Source of the DNA: Negaprion brevirostris
Lineage: Eukaryota
NCBI GenBank assembly: GCA_030324005.1
Contig: JARDVH010000179.1
Coordinates: 5,794,776-5,858,775 of the forward strand
Direction: 5' to 3'
Length of the DNA: 64,000 bases
Shown here: in pieces, positions 47,018 to 60,930 of the stretch
Layout: every line of letters starts with the position of its first letter
Position numbering within the stretch: position 1 is the stretch's first letter
Notes under the pieces: generated by a model
Told to the model about the DNA's origin: nothing
Seen by the model: the letters and a program-made list of their open reading frames with translations, nothing else
Databases searched by the model: none
Position numbers and translations under genes: made by a program

Positions 47018-50000
47018 CTGCAAACAGCATCACACAACAAGATTTGGACCAAACACTTTGGTACCGGTACACAGGTACAACACAGTGAATAAAATTACTC
47101 TAGTTTGGCACGTGGGATCAGATGCAAGGTTTCTGCAAATTTAAAAAGAAAAAAGAAAGAAAGCAGCTGTAGGAAAACAAAAACCCATTCACAGTTTGTG
47201 ACTGCTCTTGAAGGCCATCAATCTGAAGAGACTTTTAACAAATATTGGGAAGCATATGGATTTTGCAGTAGTGAGGTCAGAGTCTTTTATTAACAGATTA
47301 AATCACTTTAGGGTAAAAATATAGGGCTCAATTCATTGCTAGTGACCTCAGTTGTGCTGCTGTAAACAGCTGCGTAGGGAAAACCAGGCCAGAGGCTAGA
47401 GTAATCCCTGGTTGCTGCTTCCAATTAAATTACAAAGGGCAATATCAAATGTAAGCTATAGCCAGCACAGGGATTTCTCAAGGATTCTGGAACAGAAAAG
47501 AAAATTAAAACTATCTGCTCCTGCCACTTAAAATATGAGACCAAGTAAACCATTTCATTTTAATAGCTTCCCCCCCCCACACCCCACCCGATGGCAAGAG
47601 GATAGAAGACACAAAAGCCTCCACAGCCACCATAAACCAGCTGTCACAAGGGCCAGCGAATTCCATGCTCTCCGAGGAAGTATTTAGTATTTCCCCACAG
47701 TGACACAGTTGATATTATGAACTCAGCACCGTGAGTGACAAAAGCCCCACCAAGTGGCATGACAGAAACTGTGATTCAGTACACCACCTGACTTTTTGTT
47801 GGGCATATTATTTTCCCTGCAGGCAATCACAAATATCTTCACACACAAATGGTTTTGCACAAAGACAGGTTTAATATTAAATCATGACATCACTACTCTG
47901 CAATTAGCGAATTTTGCAAAATTACAATAAAAAATTCAATTTCACAGGAAGAGATAATCAGGTTCAACATTAAAAAGGAAACAGTGTACCTCTGAAAACC
48001 AGCTGTTGCTTTGACCCCTGGTTAAGAAGCCCAATAATGTCATTGCTCCACCCGTGCATGCCCATACACAAGTGGATATGATAGAACAGAGCAGATCATT
48101 TACCATGATCTGTAAATGATCACACCCAGTGCAAAAAAGTTCAAATCATCTCCTAGCAGGGTAAGAACACCACATACAACACAGAAGAACAAGATACAGA
48201 AGAACAGATCACCCAAATCATGTTGGTTTAGAACATAACAGAACCCATTCAGTTAGAGATGTAATGAAAGGCATTTTGTATTAGTAATCATGTTCACTGT
48301 CCCAACACCATTATTTTTGCACTAAACCCTGTAATATTAATCTACAAACCAATTAATGGTCTAGCTTATTTATAAATGCTCAAATTCTCAAAAATGCATT
48401 TTTCTTTTTAACAGCATGGAGAGGCACATTTCCTCAAGTACTGAGTAGTGCACAGAAAGTCCCTTACCCAACCCAACCCAACCCCATACATACAATCTCA
48501 AATGTGGTTATCAATGGCCTTTATGGCAAAATTTACAATCATAGCCTGGAGTTGCAAGAACCGAGTTGTGTGTGTGTGGAATCTTAAATGTTTGAGTGTT
48601 TAAAAGTTGCCTTCAGGGCAGGAGAAAAATACTGTGGCCTGGGAGCTGGAAGGAACCCCGAACCACAATCACTAATAGACTCACAGATGTTCAATGATGT
48701 TGTCTGCCAAAAAAAAGCATGCGAATTCCAAGCCCAGTCACACAGCCTCCGTCAAATCATTGGCATGGANNNNNNNNNNNNNNNNNNNNNNNNNNNNNNN
48801 NNNNNNNNNNNNNNNNNNNNNNNNNNNNNNNNNNNNNNNNNNNNNNNNNNNNNNNNNNNNNNNNNNNNNATTGGCATGGAAAACACCAAATTAACAAGCA
48901 GCTGGTCAGAGTTGCTCCATTTTCCCCCTACAGGGATACAATTTTTATTTTTAAGCACTTGTCATGTGGACAGTACATTTAATTTGGAAACGCACATGAA
49001 CACTCAGTTAGAATCGAGGTGTGCAAGGCTGTTGACCCACAATTTTCCCATTTCTATTTATTTCTCATTTCATATAAATAAATAAACTACATATTTTGTG
49101 AAATTTTTCAGATGGTGACTTTGCTTCAGACAATGGCAAAAGATGTAATATGGCATGACAGTTTCAAAGAGAAATGGGGGGAGAAAAGCGAAGGAAAAAG
49201 GTTGAGCATTTTGTTTGTTGATTTTATTTTAGTCAAGCTTATGAAAACCAAGCCTAATTCCACAATCCAATCCTAAAGAATGAGCTAATTTTGAAAGCAG
49301 CCATTGTGTACAGATGCTACACAATTTTATACAGCAGTCATCTCAGGCCCACAACTGCAAGAGTTGCGCTCTCACTGTTCACATGATTAACACTGACCAA
49401 GTGCCATGTACATGACTACGAATGGTGTGTATGCATTCCTGCCTTGACAAGATATTAGGCTTGCTGGNNNNNNNNNNNNNNNNNNNNNNNNNNNNNNNNN
49501 NNNNNNNNNNNNNNNNNNNNNNNNNNNNNNNNNNGGGGGGGGGTGGGTGGTGGTGTTAAAAGAAGTTGTTTCCCCTCAAATATATTCAATCACAATAATG
49601 TCCTATGCACTTAAGACCAACGGCAACACTGAATAGAAATCCAAGAGATTTGATAACCTCAATTATCTTCAACAATTTCCCCTACAAGTTCCAAGAAAAA
49701 TCTACGCAGTCAGCTAATCGTGCAGTGGCAGTAATGTGTTGGTAAATGGGGACACAGATTTGGCTTTGCAGCTGTATCCACAGTGAGAACCCAACCATTA
49801 CCAGGCATTCTGGATGGTGCAACACGAGTAGGCAAAGACGGGAAGAAAAAATAACGTGAATAATCTTGGAACATTCATATGCTCCACAAAGGCAGGAGAC
49901 TGATAGGTTATTTTGGACAAAAGAATCAAGGGATATGGAGATAGGATTGGAAAGTGGAGTTAGATCAATCATGATCTAATTGAATGGCTCAAGGGACAGT

Positions 50001-51249
50001 ATGGCCTACCCTGCTATTTCTTATGTTCAACTTGGATCATAAAGAGAAGGGTTAAGTAATGAGACTGGGAACCACATTCTACCATCACTGAAATTTGGGG
50101 TTTGATGCACCTTGGATGGATGGGCTTAAAGTCCCTCCTATCATTGCTCAAAACAAAATTAGTTTCTGTAGTTTTGACTCTCAGTTGATACAGGCCCACA
50201 AGAACAAAATTAGCTATAAATTGGTAATCTCAAAGGACACAAAGATAATTCATGCAGAAAACAGAGGATTCTGAAGCTGCAGAGGACTGATTTGAAAGTA
50301 AATAAGGAGACTTTAACTCTTCATCTGGATACATACGAATGAGGAGAATTTGATGTTGACCCTAAGTTTTAACACAAAGGGTCCCATTCCTCTGCATAAG
50401 CATCTCCTTCCACATGAGCACAAAAATGTGAAATGTAATTTTAAATTTTTATTCATCAGACAAATTAAATCTTCGATTTCCTGACATGTTTGTGACCAGA
50501 CAGCTGAAAACTTTTGGAAAACAAAATGGGATGCGCCTTGCAGAGAGCAGCAGCAAGATTAGATTTGATTTTAGGCTGGTATTTGTCCAGAGGGAGTTTT
50601 TGAAATAGACTTTTACTGTAATTTCTCTGGACCTTATGGGCTCAAAATTCATTTAACTAGACAAAACTTTGGGCCAGTCACCTCTAACCTTCAATCAAAC
50701 AGCGCCAACATTTCCATAATTTGAGATTCATTAGTTGCTTGACAGCAATAACCAATTCTGCATTTGGCCATGTGCAATAACTTAATCTGATTTCCAGCAC
50801 AGCCAAGTTTTTGGGCCAGAGGAAGCTTCCAATTCATTTTTGTGGGTCAACATTGTTTACTACCTATCCTAAGAGACCAATCTTTTGTATTATAGTGCAA
50901 TAAAATATGTGCAACTGCATAAGCTAAACACACCAAGTAACCTGGCCATAGAATGAGGCTGCAAGTGAGATCTACAGAAATTAGTTTGTCTTATTTGAGA
51001 CAAATGCTTGCTGTGTTATGAAAGGTCAGCAGCTTCCCTCTGCATTTGTGTTGATATTTGATGCTGCATTTTTCAATTAGTTAATCTAGTCTGAATATTT
51101 GGCAAGCGCTGCTCCAAACTTCCACATAAAAGATTAGTAAAGCATCTCAACACTACCAAATAAGCAAGCATGTAGTCAAAGTGCACATTTCTCTGCATCA
51201 ATATTACAAGCCAATTGATTCATTTTGGTAGGAAGAACTCACGACATTA

Positions 51250-51950
51250 CAGATATAAAGTAAAACGTACAAATCTAAAGGGGGGGAATAAAGAGCAGAA
51301 GGGCAGGCATGCATGTGCATAAATCATTGAAGGTGGCAGGACAGCCTGAGAGCAATTTATAAAGCAAAACCCCTGTCTTGGGTTTTATCAAAAGGGGGAT
51401 AAAAGAGTACAAAAGCAAAAAGCGTTATGAAATATTGGTCTGACTTCAACTGAATATTGCATCCAGGTCAGGGTATGACAACTTAGGAGGAAGGATGTGA
51501 AGGCATTAAAAAGGTGTATTAAAAATTCATTAAAAAGGCCGCAGAGGTTGAGGACCTTCCGTTATGTAGAAAGACTGAAGATATTGGGATGTTCTTGGAA
51601 AAGTGACAGTTGAAAGGAGATTAGATAGAGCCATTCAAAATCATGAGGGTCTGCAAAGATATAGATAGGGAGAAACTGCTCCCACTGAAATGGCTGAGAA
51701 CAAAAGGACCCAGGATTTAAAATAATTGGAAAAAGAAGCAATGGCAATATGAGGAAAAACTCTCATGCAGCAAGTGGTTAGGATCTGAAAGTCAAGACAG
51801 GGTCAACTAGGGCTTTCAAAAGGGAATAGGATCCTATGCAAAGGAAACGTTTGCCAAACTTTACTGTGTATATAGACAGGAAATGGCATTAAATGAATTG
51901 TGCCTTCAGCAGGCGAGCAAAGGCATATGAGCTGAACCTGCTACAGCCAT
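51250..51950 (+). mobile_element. Old CR1-type LINE 3' region
   Basis: gaatattgcatccagg..aggaaggatgtgaaggcatt..gagaaactgctcccact motifs. Confidence 0.65.
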
Positions 51951-52029
51951 TCTCATTCAATGAGCCATTTTCTTCCCACTCTTTCCCATATCCTTCTATC
52001 CTCTGGATTTCTGAATTGCTGTCACCTTG

Positions 52030-52900
52030 CCTGTGCTAGTCAATGTCACCCTATTAGCCACCTACCCTAACTGCAACAGCTACTGTCTTACAGGGCCAAT
52101 TTGCATGCATAAGGAAACACGAAATGCAAAACCTCAGTACTTTATTTTTCAAATTGAAAACTCTGGTGTTAATTTATCAGACAGATTTTATACCTTTCCT
52201 ACCACAAATGTTAAGCCCACTTGTTTACTGTTCCCAGGATTAGATACACCTCCCTTTTTGAAGACAGGAATTACACCTGTTACTCAGAAGTCCTCAATTC
52301 CTTTACCAATTGAATTTTTGTATGTCAATACCCTTATTTCAAATGTCAAGTTTGTATTTGAGCATTGGTGCTCTGGATGGGGAAAAATTTGCAAAACTGG
52401 GTTTAGATAGATATTAGATATTGGCATATCATTTAGGCCAGACTGTAAATCTTCATGATACTGCCTTCATAGATTTTGACCATGTATAGATGCAATCAAT
52501 TTGAACACGACACTGGGATCTGAAGCTTGGGATGTATTTCTTATTTCTTCCGACCTTAACTATTGTACGAGCCCTCTCAACTACTACCACATTTTCTTTA
52601 CTTCCTTAACAGAAATTGTGGCAAAATCCCAGTCAAGCATCCTCATCCTTTCACTATCACCTGCTGTGTATATGTCTTGGAGGTGCTAAACTTAATTATC
52701 CTTCTGTTACTGATGTGCTGATACCTCACCCATTTCTTTTTGTAATTTTTTAACATTTTCATTTCACGTTCATTCTTTGTCTTCCTAAACTCATTCTTTA
52801 TGTGCTTTGTGCATGCCTTCTTCATTAGGTTATCCAACTCCATAAATGCTCATCTAACCTCAATGACTAGTCAAATGACTCTTCCTACGTGTGGTACGCA
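52030..52900 (-). mobile_element. Probable old LINE ORF2 fragment
   Basis: Minus ORF KHIKNEFRKTKNEREMKMLKNYKK resembles the CR1 ORF2 linker; heavily decayed. Confidence 0.4.
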
Positions 52901-53139
52901 TGTGTCTGGAGAGATGGTCCAGATATTCCCACCTTCCACTCCAGCTCAACAACCTTCCAGTTGAATGACTTAAGTCACAAGCAACTTCATCAGAGTCTCA
53001 TTAAGCTCCCACATTCTGCAGTTTCAACAATGCCTGAGCTCCAATAATCTAAATTTATGCATTTATTTACAGTAGAATATATATTTCTAGAGACAACTCA
53101 TTACTTTTTAAATGCTACATGATTAACAGATATTGTTTG

Positions 53140-53355
53140 CAATAAAAACCAAAGTGCTGGGGAAAATACTCAGCAGGTCTGGCAGTATCTGTGGAGAGTG
53201 AAACCGAGTTAACGTTTTAAATCCAATATAACTCTTCTTTGGAAGAAGTTGGACATAAAATCATTTTTCCCGCAGCAGGTGCTGCCTGACCTAGGTTTTT
53301 CTCCCAGCACTCTCTTTATTTCAGATTTCCAACATCCACAACATTTTGCTTTTAG
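53140..53355. mobile_element. Palindromic Penelope-like pLTR remnant
   Basis: aataaa..gtgctggggaaaatactcagcaggtctggcag / ctgcctgacctaggtttttctcccagcac..tttatt; decayed core aagaagagttatattggatttAAAACGTT on minus. Confidence 0.65.
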
Positions 53356-54829
53356 ATGGATGTAATTTGATTTTGTCTAGTTAACCTATTTCCTCCTCTG
53401 TTGGTGACATTAATTTCCAATTAATTATTAACTTATAGCTGACAGATAATTTCCCCCAATCCTTATTCATCAATTCCCATAAAAGTTGCCCCTTTATGTA
53501 CTGAGTAGTCAGATACGGTGCATGTAAATAGTTGAACAAAGCCTTTCATCGCCCAAGGTCTGCTGCTCTTCCCTGTGTCAGCTAGAACAGTTTGCTAAAT
53601 ATTCCCCCGTGTTGTTTTAAATCCTCTCCCTGGGCCTTTGCTTTTGGTGGATGGCAATGAAGTACACATGCGTAAGGAAGGCTGGGACTTCACAGTGAAG
53701 ATGTTGGCAACTGATACATCAGCCAGTACTTTTAGTTTGTGATAGTGCTGTATGCAAATTTCTGGTTACACTTCACCAAGATATACCATACAGAATTACA
53801 AAAATCTTGTGAGGGGGAGCACAACCATTCTAGCTATCAGACCCACAATGGTGGTGGTGTTGCTGTGGGGAGCGAGCGAGCAATGATACATCTGTTGAGC
53901 AAACAGGAAATAGTCACTAGCTGCCACGCACAAGAACAACTCATTCTGACAAGACATGGGGCAGTTGCCATGACACTTTATTGCACCTACTGCTGCAGAG
54001 GATAGGGAGCCAAAGGAAAACAAAATAAAGGATCTTTGAAACAATGAAGCAGCAACTTACAGCATTACAACATGCAGCAATGCTGCTCATGTTTCACCTT
54101 CATTACTGAACATAAAAGGTAATATTCTGGGGGCGTGGGGGGGTGCAGTATCATGTTTATTAAAAATGGAAGACTGCGCTCAATAGATTCAAATTGTCCA
54201 CTGAGGAAGTAAACTCATCTAGTTATCAGTTACTATACACAAGGGATTGAAATTCAGTACAGAAAACTACACAGTCTGATACCACTGGCACTAATTTCTG
54301 ACATGTTTCTTAACAAACCTCCATCAATCTTTGCTTAAATTACTTCCAACCATAAAATACACCTCTAGTGTTTTCTGCTTTTACTTCTGACTTTACTGTT
54401 TTTACTACAGCATTCGCAAGTTTCTTATTTTAAGCTAATGACTAGTCACTGTTTCAACCAACCATTCTTGGCACAAAGATAGTGCATTGACAACACAGAA
54501 TGGCAGCGACATGGCTTAGGGCCAAAAAAGAAACTAGCATCCTAGAAACAAGTCAACCCCATATTCGTCTTGTACACNNNNNNNNNNNNNNNNNNNNNNN
54601 NNNNNNNNNNNNNNNNNNNNNNNNNNNNNNNNNNNNNNNNNNNNNNNNNNNNNNNNNNNNNNNNNNNNNNNNNNNNNNNNNNNNNNNNNNNNNNNNNNNN
54701 NNNNNNNNNNNNNNNNNNNNNNNNNNNNNNNNNNNNNNNNNNNNNNNNNNNNNNNNNNNNNNNNNTAAAAGCATTGGATTTATTGTGCTATCAAAATATC
54801 AATTATTTTTTTTTAATCCGCGAGGGCTA

Positions 54830-55186
<357 letters not shown>

Positions 55187-56065
55187 CTATTCCGATATCT
55201 CTCTCTTTGGCAAATGATTAGCACTGCCAGCATGTGGACAGGCAACTGCACATTTGGAAAACACAAGAAACAGTGCGGTGATCAAGATACTACAGGACAT
55301 TTAAGCTGAACAGTCAGAGACTGAGAAGGCAAATGAAGGGATTTTTTAATGGGAGCCCCATTCCCTCCAAGAACCACCTTTATGCATTGTAAATTATAGT
55401 TATAAGTAGCCTCAAAATAGATTTTTCAGATGGAACCCCCTCCTCCCCCATTCAAAGTTCTCAACAGCAACCAGAGTCTGTATCCAACAGTCCTCATTTT
55501 CATTGCACTTCAGGAATTCAGATCTTCTCTGCATATTTAGAGCAGGTCTGGAAGTATGACAACCTGACTGTACCTAAACTGAGCAATGACGATCACATTA
55601 TTAGTAAGTGCAGCACTTCTTTGGTTACTTGTTGAATAATTGAGGGGGCAACAGGACAAAAGCTGGCCAAATTGGATTTGTCCTGCTTTGTGTGGACAGG
55701 AGATACCTGCCAATTTTCCACCTTAAGACTAGGCCTAGAGCATATACTTCCTGAGCAACTGCCAGAATTCTTGTCAGGCCACACGGTCTTTCTTGTACTC
55801 ACGTTTCTTGATCTCATGTGAAGTGCTACCCACTTTTTAATTCCTGATGCATGTTTAGAGCACACCCCCAGATAGGTAGTATTCCTGTCTTTACATAAAG
55901 TTCTTCAATTCTGGCTGCAACTTTATAGGTATCAAAACTTACAGACACACTCATGACTATACTTCCGTTGGCTGCACGTTGCTCAAGACACGTGCTGTTG
56001 TGAAGGATCCTACGTAAGTGAAAGTCCAATGGAATGTTAAGATACATCCAGAACATCCACACCAT

Positions 56066-56192
56066 GGGTGGGATTCTATGGCCTCGCTTGTCCTGAAACC
56101 ATAAAATCCCACCCGAGATCAATGGACTTTCCCGTGGTCAACCCCTCCACTGCTCCGATTACCATAGTGGACGGGACGGTAAAATTCCAGCC
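56066..56192. mobile_element. About 127 bp MITE-like element with internal hairpin
   Basis: gggtgggattctatgg..ccataaaatcccaccc hairpin; second copy inverted at 44128-44253. Confidence 0.65.
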
Positions 56193-57448
56193 TGAATCAC
56201 ACAACCCCAGCACCTAAACATTTGGAATCAGAGTTATTGCTTTTAACATGTGTTTAGTCTGAAGTTACAAGTCCACTGAGCAATCATCGACAGGTTGAAA
56301 AGCTTTCGTCCTCCAAGACGGACACTGAGTATGCGATCCATTCAATGACATTGATATGGCATCAAGTTGACAAACTCAGCTCCACAATCTACAACCAAAT
56401 AGAGTTGGAATTTAGAATGTGGTCCTCTAGTTGGTCTATCAGATTCATGAAGCATGTATCAACCACTTACTTTCCAGGAATTGGCAATGTAGACAAATTA
56501 AATAAACAGTTTTGTTTGCATACATCCAAGCCCCTCTTACCTTTACTTACATCTATCAATGAAGTTACTCGAATCAGAACTGATTACTTAACTGAAAGAG
56601 GTGATTGCTATTCTCATGGGGTCTGCAAAGTTGTCAAAATAGGGGCAGAAAGAGAAAAGAACCTACCCATGTGTTTCATTCTTGGGCACTGCCTGGCCAA
56701 AATCGCCGTTGCTATCAGCAATAACAAATAGGATCCATTGTGAATGTAACTGTTTGGATCATGGTTGAATTCTGCATATCCAGGTGTCTCTACTGCAACA
56801 TCTTCAGTTAACAATCCAACATAAGTATCAGGGTCAAACTGAGACCACACCAAGCACCTCTACCCCAAGGGTCTGAAAGACCCTTGCTCTGGAGACATGA
56901 TTCATCCTTTAATGGTGGCACCCACAAGCAACCAATGCCTCACGCGCACACCTGACTAGGAGGTAAAAGGATGAAAACCTCAACTGTTTTAGAACATGGA
57001 ATGAATCGCAATTGATATTTTACTGCAGAAAGGCAACTGGTGTCAGGAACTTCCGCACTGAGTTTAGTACCAGTTTCTTCCCTTGGAACAGCCATATGCA
57101 TTGGAAAGCAGCAAAGTTGGCAGAATATGAACCAGAGTTCAGAACTCAACTGATGCACTACCAGTTGGCCAAAGCAGACAGATTATGGACTGAAAACTGT
57201 ACATGTTAACAGGCTTCACAAAACCGTGGATGGAGAGCATGTTTTCTACATCAATTAGCTCTCAAAGAACTTGCATTAAAAATCAAAAAGGACAATATCC
57301 ATAAATACTGCTCTCCCCTTGAATGGGAATAATGCAATTTGTAGACCACTGAAGCAGAAAACTGTACAGTTGACAAAAGTTTGATTTTGAGTTAACCAAT
57401 ATTTAAAGTTTTTCCTAAATGTGTAACCGGTTAAGTGAACAGAATTAC

Positions 57449-57663
57449 CTGGTATTTGCATTGTTCTTCTTTGATTTTTTTGGCTGTTGCTCCTTAACTT
57501 TGCTCTTCTTCTTTTCCTCCACGTCCTCTTTCTTTTTCTTTTCCTCCTTCTTGTCTTTTTCCTTCTCTTTCTTTTTCTCTTCTTTCTTGTCCTTTTCCTT
57601 TTTCTTTGGTTTTGACAGTTGTGGTTGGGAGAGGGCAGCCAGCTGCTCATGCACCGCTTTCAA
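57449..57663 (-). CDS. brd4: BRD4 coding exon: motif B / basic BID region ([14 protein letters not shown]...KKKEKDKKE)
   Basis: cacag|TTG acceptor, ACCAG|gtaat donor, 215 nt phase 0-2; conserved BET motif B followed by Lys/Glu tract. Confidence 0.96.
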
Positions 57664-59227
57664 CTGTGTGGTACAAAATTATGCTCATCAGACTTAATTA
57701 CAGTTCCCTTGAACCAATGCCGAACCCACGTGAAACAGTATGCATGCACTTGCCATAACACAGCTGTTGTTTCACATTTATCTGCTGGGAATCGATGGGT
57801 ACAAATCCACACAAAGATCAAGGGGGCTAAGAAATACCTTTTAAAAAAAAAAACAATTTGTACTCTGACATTATCAAGCATTGCAAAGGTCAGTTATGAC
57901 ACAGATCAAATGCAAAGCAGAGCACCTCCAACAATATTCTCTCATGCTCACAACCACACAGTACATTTCTGCAATGGCTTGGTCAAAAGAACTGCTCTAT
58001 TATCATCTCCCTACCATAAGGCATGTACAAGGGATACCATTTCCTCTTTGCATATTCAACATTTAATATGTGACAAAGCAAAAAATCCCGAATGTCTGCT
58101 ATCATTTAATTCAACACTTTTCAGATAAGATAGCTAATCTTTGTAGTTCTCAGGAGTACTGCACTTATTCCGTTGGCTTCTCAGAAAAAATGCCGTCAAG
58201 TCATTCCATAACCACCATTCAGCGCATCAATGTTAAAAACTGCAATTTACTTACACAATTAGGGACTGTAGCTAAGCATTCTTACCTGTTCTCTAGCTAA
58301 GACGGCCAGCCTCTAACATTGTATCTGGCTTTGCCCTTGACTGCCATAACTTGCCTTCATCCCATTGGACAAATAAAATTGAGGCCAAACATCCAAGTTA
58401 ATAACTATTCTTAGGTGGACACGTTCATGTGCTCGATTGGATTAGTACATATTCAAGATTAAATGTGATCAACCATTGCTATCACAAAAGATAAGACTAC
58501 AATTAAATGCCTCATCAAGTGGGATGGCACCACAATGTCACCACCCACGTTGCAAAGTTTCAAGATGGATTTATTCATAAAGAGAAGCGTGGACGTGAGA
58601 ATAAGTAGAGGATTTGACCTTTGAGTAAAATGCAATATTTTGTGTCCACAGTTCTAACCTTAAGTCACAAACACACAACTATCAGCTCAAGTCACTCCTG
58701 ATTAAATACACTCGGCAGAAATTTAGTCAAAAGAAAAGGGCAGCAGATTCAGAAAGTATCTCAACCAATCCAAAGTTAAAATCGTACATCAGTTTCTACA
58801 CATTTCAAGTTGACAATTATTGATAATTTATTCTCCAGCAGAGTAGATAAAATCAAGGCTGCTTGAATTCTGAGCTCAAAGCAGTCCCTAAGATTGCAGT
58901 TTAGATTGGAAGAGAAGAAAAGAGGCCCAGGTGTATTACATTGTTCATGATGGATATCAACAATATCAATACTGGGGCATTGATAACCTGCATTGAATGC
59001 CACCACTTTGGACTCCAAATGATCTTACCAAGGCTAAAGAAACCACCAAATTTTTAACCAATGAATTGCAGTGGGAAGTTCAGTCAATATGGTGACTCAG
59101 CACAAAATTTAAAAATGCTTTCCATGTAAATTCAACCATTTTGTTTCCANNNNNNNNNNATTAGCCCACGAAGTCAGCCATTATGCATAGAGATTGTCCG
59201 CTTAAAAAAAATTTTAAAGCAATATAT

Positions 59228-59511
59228 GGCACGGCATAGCGATGAGCAATGTTGCCTCAGTGCCAGGGACCCGGGTTTGATTCCCAGCTTGGGTCACTGT
59301 CTACGTGGTGTTTGCACATTTTCCCCTTGTCTGCATGTGTTTCCTTTGGTTTCCGCCCACATTCTGAAAGATGCGCTGATTAGGCGCATTGGCCATGCTA
59401 AATTCTCCCTCAGTGTACCCAAACAGGTGCCGAAGTGTGACGACTAGGGGATTTTCACTAACTTCACTGCAGTGTTAACGTAAGCCTTACCTGTGACACT
59501 AATAAATAAAC
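59228..59511 (+). mobile_element. tRNA-derived shark SINE
   Basis: Same family as 13703-13962. Confidence 0.87.
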
Positions 59512-59889
59512 TGCAACTATAACTTGTTTTCTGTGATTTTAAGGTATTTGAATGTCATTTAGATTAGCAACAAAAATTATTCAAGATTAAAGAATTTTGG
59601 CAGTATGAGAAGATCACAACTACTTTATAGTGCAGGTAGGAAACTTTCCGAAGTGTTCCAAAATATTTCTACTATTCTGCCACCACGAGTTCAGCAAAGT
59701 TTTTCTGACCAATTGACCTCTGCTTAGTTGGAAGGGAGATTTCAGAATTATTTGTGAGTCCAGTAGGATTGGATGCAATGAATCAAATCAGCTCCAAACT
59801 TCAATTCACCATCTAGCCCCACGTTCATTTTGTTTTCAACTACAATTTGATAATTACACTTCATGTCTCATTATAGCTTTTATCCATTG

Positions 59890-60930
59890 GGCAAATGGAA
59901 CTGAATTCCAGGGGTGAGATGGAAGTGACTACTCTTGACATCGAGGCTGCATTTGGTGAGTGCAACATCAAAGAATCCCATCAAAATGGAAATCAGGGAG
60001 AAATCATTCCAGTAACTGGAGTCATACTTTGCACAAAGGAAGGTGGTTGTAGCTGTCATCGTAGAGTCCCTCAGAGTGCTGTGCTGGGCTGCTTCATCAA
60101 TTTCATTCCAATGCAAGGTCAGAAATAGGGCTGTTTGCTAATAATTTCAGTTTTAGTACCATTCAAAATTCCTTAGATGAAGGTACTGCATGCCTTACGT
60201 ACAGCAAGATCTGGACAACATTCAGACTGGGGAGGAGTGGCAAGTGACATTCATGCCCCAAGTGCCAGACAACTAGCATTTCCAACAAGAGAGAATCTAA
60301 CCATCTCCTTCATGATGTTCAATGGCATTACAATGTTGAATCTCCACCAAACTCCTGGTATCACCACTGACCAGAAAGCTAACTAGACCACCCATATTAA
60401 ATACTGCGGCTATAAGAGGAAGTCAGAGGATGGGAATTCATAAGGAACTCATTTCTTGACTCTCCAAAGTCTGTCCATCATCCGCAAGTCAGGAATGCAA
60501 TGGAATACTCCACTTGTTAGATGAGTGTAGCTCCAAAAACTAGAAGCGTGACACCAAAGCAGAAAGTCACTTGACGGATATCCTAACTACCACAAACAGG
60601 GTCAGGAGCGTGTATGATGTACAAGATGCTCTGCATCAACTCTCCATGTCTTCTTCAAAAGCACTGTTCACCCCGTGACCTCTTCCACCTCAAAGGATAA
60701 GGGCAGTGTATGCGTCAGCACACTACCACCTGTAAGTTCCCAAGCCACACATGATCCCAAGTTTGAACTATATATTGTTTGTTCACCTGTCAACGGGTCA
60801 AAATCCTGGAACTTCCTCCCTAACAGCATGGTGAGAATACCTACACCACATGAACTGCTGTGGTTCAAGGTGACAGCTCATCACCACCTTTGGGATGGAC
60901 ATTACATGCTGGCCTTGGTAGCAACACGCT
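59890..60930 (+). mobile_element. Decayed non-LTR retrotransposon RT plus 3' UTR (CR1/L2 group)
   Basis: ELNSRGEMEVTTLDIEAAFG = LDIKAAFD RT motif; gagtccctcagagtgctgtgctggg = GVPQGSVLG; tgtttgctaataat = FADD remnant. Confidence 0.8.

Noticed and set aside
48760-48882. Identical ttggcatgga on both sides of a roughly 100-N gap (likewise gtcgacat around 61386-61501)
   Set aside because: Typical scaffolding overlap artefact, not a real direct repeat or TSD; ORFs spanning N runs are meaningless
56295-56330. gtcttggaggacGAAAGCTT hammerhead-like half on minus strand
   Set aside because: No CUGANGA upstream and no family flanks
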